Shown piece by piece: positions 1 to 8,799 of a stretch of 64,000 nucleotides of DNA. The position numbers and the translations under genes were made by a program. Position 1 is the first letter of the stretch. Each line of letters begins with the position of its first letter. The notes below the pieces were generated by a model. That model was not told the DNA's origin and did not search any database. It saw nothing but the letters and a program-made list of their open reading frames with translations. The stretch covers positions 352,001-416,000 of the forward strand of contig CAWKNZ010000007.1 in assembly GCA_963851265.1 (NCBI GenBank). The letters are read 5' to 3'. The DNA is from an uncultured Gemmatimonadales bacterium. Lineage in GTDB: Bacteria; Gemmatimonadota; Gemmatimonadetes; Gemmatimonadales; Gemmatimonadaceae.

Positions 1-81
1 CGCACCGCCCGTGCGCCGCAGCCCGTCGACGGCCACGTACGCGAGGTACGCGACGACGACGGCCCAGTTGATCCAGTGCAC
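1..81 (-). CDS. N-terminus of a probable sodium:solute symporter (runs off the window start)
   Basis: My translation from GTG at 81 gives MHWINWAVVVAYLAYVAVDGLRRTGGA, resembling the first transmembrane segment of SSS-family transporters. Only 27 codons are visible. Confidence 0.55.
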   Translation of the reverse strand, partial: MHWINWAVVVAYLAYVAVDGLRRTGGA

Positions 82-93
82 GCGGCGCTCGGC

Positions 94-246
94 CTACGGC
101 GTGAACGCGCGCTGCACGAGCGCGAGCAGGGCGAGTGCCACGACCTGAACCGCCAGCACCCGCACGAGCGTCGCGCCGAAGCTGGGTGGAGCGGTGGCGG
201 GCTCCGGATCGGCCTGAGGCTCGCGGGGGGAATCGGGGGGACGCAC
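94..246 (-). CDS. small single-pass membrane protein (50 aa) upstream of the symporter
   Basis: 3' part of ORF 94..465 with a hydrophobic C-terminus (TLVRVLAVQVVALALLALV). GTG at 246 has a TACTGT -10-like hexamer 7 nt upstream. Confidence 0.5.
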   Translation of the reverse strand: MRPPDSPREPQADPEPATAPPSFGATLVRVLAVQVVALALLALVQRAFTP

Positions 247-467
247 GCGGCGAACAGTATCAGCCGCGCCCGGCGTATTCCTGGGGAGCGCGTCCGCGAC
301 GCCCGGTCGGGTGGTCGGCACCGCCAGCGAAGGTCGGAGGTCGTGGCCGGCGCCCGGCCGCGCCGCTGCTCCCCGAACCATTTGTCGCCGCCGGCCCTTC
401 ATCTCGGGAGCGAATCGCCGTAGCACGATCCTCGCGCTTGGTTTCGTCGACTCCCCCCAGCCCATCC

Positions 468-1922
468 ATGCCCGAGACCGCCAGCGGCGCCCCCAACACT
501 GATAGCCGCGACGCCGCGCACGACGCCGCTCGCCAGGCGGACGTGATCGCGGGGCAACTCCGCGATACGAAGCCGCGCGCTCGCCCGCGGGTAGTCGTGA
601 TCGGCGGCGGCTTTGCCGGCTACCACGCGGCGCGCAACCTCGGTAAGGCCGACGTCGACGTCACGGTCGTCGACCGGACCAACCACTTTCTGTTCCAGCC
701 GCTGCTGTATCAGGTGGCGACGGCCGTGCTCGCGCCCACCGACATCACGGTCCCGATCCGGTACCTCCTGCGCAAGTACCGGAACATCGAGGTGATCATG
801 GCCGAGGTGCGGGAGATCGACGTGAACGCCCGCACGATCTACTTGGACGACGAGCGCACGCCGTTGGAGTACGACTATTTGGTGGTCGCGGCTGGCGCGC
901 GCCACTCGTACTTCGGGCACGACGAGTGGGAAAAGGACGCCCCGGGTCTCAAGACGATCGCCGACGCGTACGAGATCCGGCGCCGGTTCCTCACGGCGTT
1001 CGAGGAGGCGGAGAAAGACGCGGATCCGCAGACCCGGGCCGAGTGGATGACGTTCGTCGTCATCGGCGGCGGGCCGACCGGCACCGAGCTCGCCGGCATC
1101 ATCCCCGCGACCGCGGAGACCTTCCGCAAGGACTTCCGCCGCATCGACACGCAGCAGACGCGCGTGCTGCTGCTCGAGGGGTCGCCGCGCGTGCTCGCCG
1201 CTTACCCGGAAAAGCTCTCCGCGGAGGCGAAACGGAGCCTCGAGGAGTTGGGCGTCGAGGTGCGAACGGGCGCGCACGTGACACGAGTCACCGACGAGGC
1301 GGTCTACGTGGGCGACGAGCGGATCCCGACGCGTACGGTCTTTTGGGGCGCGGGTAACGCGGCGACGCCCCTGGGCAAGCAACTCGGGGTGGCCGTCGAC
1401 CGAGCCGGACGCGTGCCCGTGGAGCCCGACCTCTCCGTCGCGGGGCACCCCGAGGTGTTCGTCGTCGGCGACGCGGCCGCGTACACCGACCGGGGCAACC
1501 CGGTGCCGGGCGTCGCGCAGGGTGCCATCCAGATGGGGCGCCACGCCGCACGCAACCTACGCGCGTCCGTCGAGGGCAAGCCGCGCACGCCCTTTCACTA
1601 CTGGAACAAGGGCAACCTCGCGACGATCGGCCGCCACAAGGGTGTGGCCGACCTAGGCAAGCACCTGCGCTTCGATGGCTACATCGCCTGGCTCCTCTGG
1701 GTGTTCATTCACATCCTCTACCTCGCCGGGTTCCGCAACCGGCTGAGCGTGCTGATCCAGTGGGGCTACTCGTACCTCACGTACCACCGCGGCGCCCGGC
1801 TCATCTCGGGGCGCATCATGCAGCGCGGCAGCACCGGCGTGCCGAGCGAGCCTCCGGCGAAGGAGGCGACGATGCCGGGGTGGAGCAACGCGCCGCAACC
1901 CGCGGGCTCGGCGGCGGGGTAG
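468..1922 (+). CDS. ndh: type II NADH:quinone oxidoreductase (NAD(P)/FAD-dependent)
   Basis: VVVIGGGFAG, NHFLFQPLLYQVAT, second Rossmann motif VVIGGGPTGTELAG, VFVVGD, AQGAIQMG. ATG at 468 chosen within ORF 135..1922. Confidence 0.9.
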   Translation: MPETASGAPNTDSRDAAHDAARQADVIAGQLRDTKPRARPRVVVIGGGFAGYHAARNLGKADVDVTVVDRTNHFLFQPLLYQVATAVLAPTDITVPIRYLLRKYRNIEVIMAEVREIDVNARTIYLDDERTPLEYDYLVVAAGARHSYFGHDEWEKDAPGLKTIADAYEIRRRFLTAFEEAEKDADPQTRAEWMTFVVIGGGPTGTELAGIIPATAETFRKDFRRIDTQQTRVLLLEGSPRVLAAYPEKLSAEAKRSLEELGVEVRTGAHVTRVTDEAVYVGDERIPTRTVFWGAGNAATPLGKQLGVAVDRAGRVPVEPDLSVAGHPEVFVVGDAAAYTDRGNPVPGVAQGAIQMGRHAARNLRASVEGKPRTPFHYWNKGNLATIGRHKGVADLGKHLRFDGYIAWLLWVFIHILYLAGFRNRLSVLIQWGYSYLTYHRGARLISGRIMQRGSTGVPSEPPAKEATMPGWSNAPQPAGSAAG

Positions 1923-1940
1923 GCGTTCCGCGCACGCTCG

Positions 1941-2327
1941 ATGTCGGTCCGCGGTTCCGCACTCCGCTGGCTCGCCGGCGCGCACGGCGTGCGCGACGCC
2001 GACATCTTCACCTCGCGCCTCTACCCGCCCGAGCAGTCGTGGACGGGGCGCGCGGCGTGGTGGGTGCAGGTGCCCGTGCACCGCCTGCATGCGTTAGGCG
2101 AGGGCGCGGTGCACCTCGTGTGCGAGGCGAGGCCGGGCGGGCGCGACTTCCACTACCTCCGCGTACCGGGCGCGTACCTGCGCGACCACCTCGCCGACCT
2201 CGACGCCGTGGACGACGGGCGCACGATCAGCCTCTTCCTGTCGGCCGAACCCGACGCGCGATTCCGCGACGAGCGCGGGCCCGGGCGGCTGGAGTTCGCG
2301 CGGTTCGCAGTAGCCCCCGCGACGTAG
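1941..2327 (+). CDS. hypothetical protein (128 aa)
   Basis: Protein-like composition, host codon style, ATG start 19 nt after the ndh stop. Confidence 0.65.
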   Translation: MSVRGSALRWLAGAHGVRDADIFTSRLYPPEQSWTGRAAWWVQVPVHRLHALGEGAVHLVCEARPGGRDFHYLRVPGAYLRDHLADLDAVDDGRTISLFLSAEPDARFRDERGPGRLEFARFAVAPAT

Positions 2328-2358
2328 CCGGGCGTCGCCGGTCGGGCCGCCCACGGCG

Positions 2359-3834
2359 TCACCAGAACGACCGCCCGTCGAGCCCGTCGGGCACCGCCAC
2401 CCCGAGCGCGGCGAGCACGCTCGGCATCACGTCCGCCGTCCGCCGCGGCGCGCGCGCGAACGGCCGGCCGGCGAGCAGTGGGACCAGCATGTGCTCGCGG
2501 TGGAGAGCGCCGTGCGACGACACGTGCGGGATTGGCTCGAATCGCGCGCGGAGGTCCCAGTCCCGCGCGGCCGAGACGATCACGTCGCCCGCGCGCGCGC
2601 TGCCGGCGAGGCTCGCGATCTGGACGAGCGCGTCGGGGTAGTCGGAGCGCTCGCAAACGTCGCACGCGGCGTCCGCGTCGAGGTCGCGGAGCGGCTCGCC
2701 TAACGCGAGCGGGTCGCCGCCGGCGATCGGCTCGTACCCGTACCCGTACGCGCGCGACGACCGGTCGGCCGGCGCGCGGTCGCTCGGCGACGCGCGCGCG
2801 CGCCGTACGCGCACGACGACCGCGCGGCCGCGGTCCCGATGGCGCACCTCGCACCGGTCTGCGTCCAGCGGGAGCAGCACGAGATCGACCGACGGCCGGT
2901 CGAGCAGGTCGGCGACTGCCGGCTCCCAGCGGGCGGCCAGGGCCCCCCACCACGGCCGCGCACGCCGGCCGAGCTCCAGGTACAGGTGCGCCATCGCGTT
3001 CCCGCTCACCATCACGGCGGCCTCGCGCCGCGCCGCGACGGTCACCGGGTGCGCGACCGTCGGCACGCCGCGGGCGCGCAGCCATCCGGCGAGGTCGTCG
3101 TGCGCGCGGACCCGCGAGTGCCCGTGGTCGCTCACCACCAGCAGGCGCGTCTCGCTCCACCATCCGCCGTGCTCGGCGTCCGCGCGCAGCTCGGCCACGA
3201 CACCGTCCACGGTCCGCAGCCCCTCGTCGACGAGTGGCCCCGCGTGCCCCGCCGCGTGCGACGTCTTGTCGATGCCGGTGAGCGCGCAGAACACGACCCG
3301 CGACGGCCGCCCCTCGGCGAACCCCGCCCGCACGCGCGCCGCGACCGTGGCGCCCACGTCGCGGTCGATGCGCAGCCACCCCGCCACGTCGCCGCGGAAG
3401 TGCGTCGCGGCGGCCCGGAGCGCGAACCCGGGACCGCGCGCCACGCGGTCCCGCGGGTCGAGGCCCCGCCCGATCATGTTGAGCGCCGCCAGGCCGGGTG
3501 GCGCGAGTTCGAACAGCGTCGGCGCGTTCGCATCGAGATCGCCGTCGAGGTGACGCATTTCCGCCCCCACGTAGCTGCGCGCCGCATCGGGCCGCGTGCG
3601 CGCCGTGCGGGCCCGATCGAACCAGCGCAGCCCCGGCAGCCCGATCGGTCCCGGAAAGCGTCCCATGAGGAACGGCGCATACGCCGGGCCCGTCACCGAC
3701 GGAAACACGCTCGCGACGGTCGCGAGTCCGCCCTCGTCGCGGAGCCGTGCGAGCGCCGGCACCCGGCCGCCGTCGAGCGCGGCCGCGAACGTGTCGGGGC
3801 GAGCGCCGTCGGCGACGAGGATGATCACGGGCAC
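2359..3834 (-). CDS. alkaline phosphatase superfamily protein (type I phosphodiesterase / nucleotide pyrophosphatase)
   Basis: ILVADGARPD, FPSVTGP (Thr nucleophile), IDKTSH, VSDHGH and SSHG metal-ligand motifs. Confidence 0.85.
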   Translation of the reverse strand: MPVIILVADGARPDTFAAALDGGRVPALARLRDEGGLATVASVFPSVTGPAYAPFLMGRFPGPIGLPGLRWFDRARTARTRPDAARSYVGAEMRHLDGDLDANAPTLFELAPPGLAALNMIGRGLDPRDRVARGPGFALRAAATHFRGDVAGWLRIDRDVGATVAARVRAGFAEGRPSRVVFCALTGIDKTSHAAGHAGPLVDEGLRTVDGVVAELRADAEHGGWWSETRLLVVSDHGHSRVRAHDDLAGWLRARGVPTVAHPVTVAARREAAVMVSGNAMAHLYLELGRRARPWWGALAARWEPAVADLLDRPSVDLVLLPLDADRCEVRHRDRGRAVVVRVRRARASPSDRAPADRSSRAYGYGYEPIAGGDPLALGEPLRDLDADAACDVCERSDYPDALVQIASLAGSARAGDVIVSAARDWDLRARFEPIPHVSSHGALHREHMLVPLLAGRPFARAPRRTADVMPSVLAALGVAVPDGLDGRSFW

Positions 3835-3898
3835 CCTGCGACGCTAGCGCACGCGGCGCGTCGCGTGCAACAGGCACGCGCGCCATCTTCCGCTCACC

Positions 3899-4924
3899 AT
3901 GCCAAACGAATCGTCTCCGCAACCCACGCCGCCCGGCGCCATGTCGGCCATCACCACCGCGACCGGCAAGCCCGCTGATCCGGCCGCGATGGCCGACGCC
4001 GAACGGCGTGCGCTGGAGGGCGTGAAGGAGCGCACCGAGGTCGGGCACCGGGCCGCCGGGCGAACGTCGCCGAGCGACCCGCCGCAGGACGGCACCGCCG
4101 CGACCCGTCGGGTCGGCGCTGCGCGGGTGCGGCAGGTGGACGAGTCGATCCGCGATTACCCCGGCCCGGGGCGGGCGACCGAGGACGAGAAGCTGCTCAA
4201 CCCGCCCGGTCAGCGGAGCGCGTCCGACTTCACGCGGACCGATCCCTGGCGCGTGATGCGCATCCAGAGCGAGTTCGTCGAGGGATTCGATACGCTCGCC
4301 AGCGTCGAGCAGGGTGTGACCGTGTTCGGCTCCGCGCGGACCGCGCCCGACGACCCGATGTACCAGGCCGCCGAGGAAGTCGGCCTGCTCCTCGCCGAGG
4401 CCGGGTTCGCGGTGATCACCGGTGCGGGGCCGGGCATCATGGAGGCGGCCAACAAGGGCTGCAAGAAGGGCGGCGGGCACTCCGTCGGCTGCAACATCGA
4501 ACTGCCGTTCGAGCAGGGCAACAACCCGTACGTCGATACGCTCGTCAACTTCCGGTACTTCTTCGTGCGGAAGACGATGTTCGTGAAGTACAGCGTCGCG
4601 TTCGTCATCTTTCCCGGCGGCTTCGGCACGCTCGACGAGCTGTTCGAAGCGCTGACGCTCATTCAGACGGGGAAGATCTACCAATTCCCCGTGATCCTGT
4701 TCGGGCGCCACTACTGGGCGGGGCTCATCCGCTGGATCCAGACGCGGCTGCTGGCCGAGGGCAAGATCTCGCCAGGCGATGTCGACCTGATGCTGTTGAC
4801 CGACGACCCACGAGAGGCGGTCGACGCGGTGGTGCGGGCGCACGCGGCGCAGCGGCTGCGCGCCGACGGCGTGAACGGCGCGGCGTCCGACGCCGACCTC
4901 CCGGCGCACGCGTCGCCGGTGTGA
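3899..4924 (+). CDS. LOG family Rossmann-fold protein (TIGR00730-like) with a long N-terminal extension
   Basis: VTVFGSAR, ITGAGPGIMEAANKG, YFFVRKTMF, PGGFGTLDELFE. Confidence 0.9.
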   Translation: MPNESSPQPTPPGAMSAITTATGKPADPAAMADAERRALEGVKERTEVGHRAAGRTSPSDPPQDGTAATRRVGAARVRQVDESIRDYPGPGRATEDEKLLNPPGQRSASDFTRTDPWRVMRIQSEFVEGFDTLASVEQGVTVFGSARTAPDDPMYQAAEEVGLLLAEAGFAVITGAGPGIMEAANKGCKKGGGHSVGCNIELPFEQGNNPYVDTLVNFRYFFVRKTMFVKYSVAFVIFPGGFGTLDELFEALTLIQTGKIYQFPVILFGRHYWAGLIRWIQTRLLAEGKISPGDVDLMLLTDDPREAVDAVVRAHAAQRLRADGVNGAASDADLPAHASPV

Positions 4925-5457
4925 GCGATCCGACGGTCGCGCCCGCTCCCGCCGCGCGCGCGGGCGGCGCGGGAACTCGCGACCTCGACGAGGTGCCGCC
5001 GGGTGCGCCGTTCGCGTTAGGCCGGTCGCCGATGCACGGAATCGGCGCGTTCGCCACCCGCGCGATCCCGGCCGGCACGCGACTCGTCGAGTACGCCGGC
5101 GAGCGCATCACCCCGGCCGAAGCCGACCGGCGCTACCCCGAAACGCCCGGTGTCGCGCACCACACCCAGCTGTTCGCGATCGACGGGCCCGACGGCGAGG
5201 AGGTGATCGTCGACGCCGCAGTCGACGGAAACGTCGCGCGGTTCATCAACCACTCGTGCGATCCGAACTGCGACGCCGTCGTCGACGGCGGCAGGATCTG
5301 GATCACGACCGTGCGCGACGTGGCCGCGGGCGAGGAGTTGGCGTACGACTACGCGTTCATCCTCGCCGAGCGCCACACGCCTGCGGCGAAACGGCGGTAC
5401 CCGTGTCGGTGTGGAGCCGCGCGGTGTCGCGGGACGATGTTGGCGAAGAAGCGCTGA
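4921..5457 (+). CDS. SET domain protein-lysine methyltransferase with post-SET zinc motif
   Basis: HGIGAFA, EYAGE, ARFINHSCDPNC, GEELAYDY, CRCGAARCRG. GTGA overlap with the LOG stop. Confidence 0.9.
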   Translation: MSDPTVAPAPAARAGGAGTRDLDEVPPGAPFALGRSPMHGIGAFATRAIPAGTRLVEYAGERITPAEADRRYPETPGVAHHTQLFAIDGPDGEEVIVDAAVDGNVARFINHSCDPNCDAVVDGGRIWITTVRDVAAGEELAYDYAFILAERHTPAAKRRYPCRCGAARCRGTMLAKKR

Positions 5458-5470
5458 CGCGCCCCCGCCG

Positions 5471-5941
5471 TCACACCTGCTCGTGGATCGTCTGCAACTC
5501 CACGACCTTCAACCGCCGGACGCTCGCCGGCAGCTTCAGAATCGCCGTCTCGCCGAGCGCCTTGCCCAGCAGCGCGCGCCCGATGGGCGACCCCATGCTC
5601 ACGTTCCCGCCCTCCATGTCGGCGGAGTCGCCGATGAGCAGGTTGTAGGTCTCGCGCGCGCCCGACCGCTCGTCTTCGACCACCACGCGTGAGCCGAGCC
5701 CCACCTTGTCGGGCGGGATCTGCGACATGTCGACCGAGGACAGCTTGCTCAGCCGCTGCCGCAGCTGCCCGAGTCGCGCCTGCACGAACTGCTGACGCTC
5801 GAGCGCGGCCTTGTACTCGCTGTTCTCGCGCAGATCGCCGTGCTCGACGGCCGTGCGAATCTCGATCGGGAGCGTGACGTTCAGCTCGTACTGCAGCTTC
5901 TCGACCTCGGCCGAGAGCTTCTCTTTCAGTTCCTGGATCAT
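5471..5941 (-). CDS. greA: transcription elongation factor GreA/GreB
   Basis: HGDLRENSEYKAA, SPIGRALLGK. ATG at 5941. Confidence 0.85.
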   Translation of the reverse strand: MIQELKEKLSAEVEKLQYELNVTLPIEIRTAVEHGDLRENSEYKAALERQQFVQARLGQLRQRLSKLSSVDMSQIPPDKVGLGSRVVVEDERSGARETYNLLIGDSADMEGGNVSMGSPIGRALLGKALGETAILKLPASVRRLKVVELQTIHEQV

Positions 5942-6072
5942 GGCCGGGTCGCGAGCGGAGCGTGGCGCAGATGGGTACGTGAAAAGGGAGCGCCCGGCCG
6001 GTGGGCCGGGCGCTCGCGCGCGTCGGGGTTCGGACGCTGTTCGGAACATACTGCTGGGTAGACTTCCCGGCC

Positions 6073-6906
6073 ATGCTGCTGTCCACCCACGACCACGGCG
6101 ACGTGACCCGCGTCGTGCTCGCCTCGCCGAGCAGTCGCCTCGTCGGGTACAGCGTGAGCGTGTACGTCGTCGAGACGGCGGCCGGCCCGATGCTCGTCGA
6201 CACGGGGCTGCCGCTCGCGTGGCGGAGCTTGCGGCGCTTCCTCACCGAGCGCGGCGGGGGTGACCTGCGGCGCGCCGTCCGCGGCGCGGTCGTCACGCAC
6301 CGGCACGAGGACCACGCGGGCAACGTCGCGCGACTCGCGCGCGCAGGCGTCCCGCTCGCCATGGCGCCCGCGACGCGCGCCGCGGTCGCCGTCACCGAAC
6401 CGATCGGCGCGTACCGGCGCCTCGTCTGGGGCGCGCGGCAGCCGCTGTCCCGCGACGCACCCGCGGTCGACCCCGCGCCGCTCGTGCTGATGCCGACGCC
6501 CGGACACACCGCCGACCACCACGTGGTGTGGGATCCGGAGCGCGAGACGCTTTACGGCGGCGACCTGTTTCTCGGCGTGAAGGTGCGGGTGGCGCACCCG
6601 ACCGAGAACCCGCGTGCGCTGGCCCGGTCGCTGCGCGCCGCGGCAGCGCTCCGCCCGCGGCGGCTGTTCGACGCCCACCGCGGGTCGGTCGACGACCCCG
6701 TCTCGTCACTCGAGGCCAAGGCCGCGTGGCTCGACGACACGGTGGGCCGCGTGGAGCGCCTGCTCGACGCGGGCTGGCCCGCGCGGCGCGTACGGGACGA
6801 GGTGCTCGGCGGCGAGAGCGCCGTCGGCGTGCTCAGCGCCGGCGAGTACTCGCGTATCGGGTTCGTCCGGGCCGTGCGCGCGACGCGAGAAACGGCCGTG
6901 CGTTAG
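6073..6906 (+). CDS. metallo-beta-lactamase fold hydrolase
   Basis: LVDTG, THRHEDHAG (HxHxDH), TPGHTADH, GGD, AHRG. Confidence 0.85.
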   Translation: MLLSTHDHGDVTRVVLASPSSRLVGYSVSVYVVETAAGPMLVDTGLPLAWRSLRRFLTERGGGDLRRAVRGAVVTHRHEDHAGNVARLARAGVPLAMAPATRAAVAVTEPIGAYRRLVWGARQPLSRDAPAVDPAPLVLMPTPGHTADHHVVWDPERETLYGGDLFLGVKVRVAHPTENPRALARSLRAAAALRPRRLFDAHRGSVDDPVSSLEAKAAWLDDTVGRVERLLDAGWPARRVRDEVLGGESAVGVLSAGEYSRIGFVRAVRATRETAVR

Positions 6907-6954
6907 TCACCTGGCCGGAGGACGTTAGGCGACCGCGGCGCGTGTGGCCGGCGC

Positions 6955-8520
6955 TCACGCGTCGACCCCGAACACGCGCGCGGCTTCCGCGTCGTAGGCG
7001 GCGAGCGCCGCGTCCACGGCGACCGCGTCCCACCCCAGTACAGGCGCGACCAGTGGCGCCACGACGCGCGCCGCGGCGCGCCCGGCGTCCCGCGTCGCGT
7101 ACGCCACGGGCGCGCGGCGCACCAGCAGGTCGGCGAGCGTCGCGGCCTGCTCGGCCTCCGCCGCGTACACGAACTCCGCGCCCGTGTACGGCAGGCCCGG
7201 CGCGACCGCGGCGGCCAGCAGGGGGGCGGCCGCGGCGAGCGCCGAGACGCGCGCGCGCGCCGCGTCGTGCCCCGGATCGAGCGGGAGTACATCGGTCCGA
7301 GCCCGCGGCCGCCTGGTCCCGAGAAACGCGCACACCGCGTCGACGACCTCGGCGGCCATGCTGCGGTACGTCGTGAGTTTCCCGCCGGTCACGGTCACGA
7401 TCCCGCGCGAGTCGACGTCGATCGCGTGCTCGCGCGATGCCGCGCCGGTGCCGGCGCGCCCGCGCGACGTGGCCGCGGCGAGCGGACGCACTCCCGCCCA
7501 CGCGCTGACCACGTCCGCGCGCTCGAGGTGCGCGTCGGGAAAGTGATGGTTGGCGACCGCGAGCAGGTAAGCCACGTCCGCCTCGGTTGCGCGCACGTCG
7601 TCGGGGCCGCGCTCGACCGACGTCTCGGTGGTGCCGAGTATCGTGTGCGGGCCGGCCGGGAGGACGAACGTGACGCGCCCGTCGAGCGGCGCAATCAGAG
7701 TGAGCGCGGCGCGGTTGGCCACACGCGCCGCGGGCACCGCCACGTGCACACCCTTCGCGCCGAGCACGGCGGGACGCGCGTGCGCGTCGTGCAGTCGGCG
7801 CACCGCGTCGCTCCACGGACCCGTCGCGTTGACCACGGCCCGCGCGCGAAGCTCGACCGCGACGCCGTCGATGGCGTCGCGCACGCAGAGCCGAACGCGC
7901 GCAGGATCTGGCGCGCCGAATCGGAGCGCCGTCACCGAAGCGTGGTTGAGCGTCGCCGCGCCCGCGTGCTGCGCGGCGAGTACCGTGGCGAGCGTGAGCC
8001 GGCTGTCGTCGGTCGCGGCGTCGTAGTAGCGCGCCCCGCCGGTGAGCCCCGCGGTGGCGAGACTCGGCTCGGCGGCCGCCACGTCGTCGGCGGACAACGA
8101 CGCGTGAGGCGCCACGTTGCGCCAGAGCGCGAGCGCGTCGTAGAGCGTGAGCCCGGCTTCGAGCTTCCAGCGCGGCACGCGCGCGCCGCGGTACACCGGC
8201 CAGGTGAAGGCGAGCGGGCGGACGAGGTGCGGGGCGGTGCGAAGCAGGACGCGTCGTTCGCGACTCGCCTCGAAAACGAGCCCCAGGTGCCCGTGCTCCA
8301 GATACCGCACGCCGCCGTGGATCAGCCGCGACGACCGGCTCGAGGTGCCGCTTGCCCAGTCGTCGCGTTCGACGAGGGCGACGCGCAGTCCCCGCAGCGC
8401 CGCGTCGCGCGCGACGCCCGCGCCGGTGATCCCGCCGCCGACGACTGCGACGTCGAACGTGCCGTCGGCGAGCGACGCGCGGGCGGCAGCGCGGGCGGCG
8501 AGGGCCGGCGGTGAACGCAT
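6955..8520 (-). CDS. glpD: FAD-dependent glycerol-3-phosphate dehydrogenase/oxidase
   Basis: VVGGGITGAG, DWASGTSSRSSRLIHGGVRYLE, NATGPWSD, GTTE, WAGVRPL, GGKLTTYR. Confidence 0.9.
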   Translation of the reverse strand: MRSPPALAARAAARASLADGTFDVAVVGGGITGAGVARDAALRGLRVALVERDDWASGTSSRSSRLIHGGVRYLEHGHLGLVFEASRERRVLLRTAPHLVRPLAFTWPVYRGARVPRWKLEAGLTLYDALALWRNVAPHASLSADDVAAAEPSLATAGLTGGARYYDAATDDSRLTLATVLAAQHAGAATLNHASVTALRFGAPDPARVRLCVRDAIDGVAVELRARAVVNATGPWSDAVRRLHDAHARPAVLGAKGVHVAVPAARVANRAALTLIAPLDGRVTFVLPAGPHTILGTTETSVERGPDDVRATEADVAYLLAVANHHFPDAHLERADVVSAWAGVRPLAAATSRGRAGTGAASREHAIDVDSRGIVTVTGGKLTTYRSMAAEVVDAVCAFLGTRRPRARTDVLPLDPGHDAARARVSALAAAAPLLAAAVAPGLPYTGAEFVYAAEAEQAATLADLLVRRAPVAYATRDAGRAAARVVAPLVAPVLGWDAVAVDAALAAYDAEAARVFGVDA

Positions 8521-8601
8521 GCGACCAAGATACCCCGCCGCGCGTCACCCCGGCGGACGTCGGCGCGACGGCGCAGACGTTAGGCGCCCCGGGACGTGCC
8601 G

Positions 8602-8638
8602 GCCGCCGCACGCCGCCGCACGCCGCCGCACGCCGCCG
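8602..8638. repeat. 10-bp tandem repeat (CGCCGCCGCA), about 4 units, in a divergent intergenic region
   Basis: ggccgccgca cgccgccgca cgccgccgca cgccgccggt at 8601-8640. Confidence 0.8.
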
Positions 8639-8799
8639 GTGGCAGCCACGGCACCGTCGCGACGTGCGCCGATACGACGAGCGCCGTCACGACGCCGTTA
8701 CGCCACCACGCACCGGCGGAACTTCATCCCCGGCGCCCGCCGGGTACGTTCCGGCCGGGGCCGATCGACCGGCCCCGGACCCTCCACCCCGGCGCCCGC

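Noticed and set aside
2153..4909. 918-aa minus-strand ORF, and similar long ORFs at 13690..15969, 34906..37740 and 57962..60553
   Set aside because: Arg/Ala/Pro-rich shadow frames overlapping well-supported genes; expected at this GC content.
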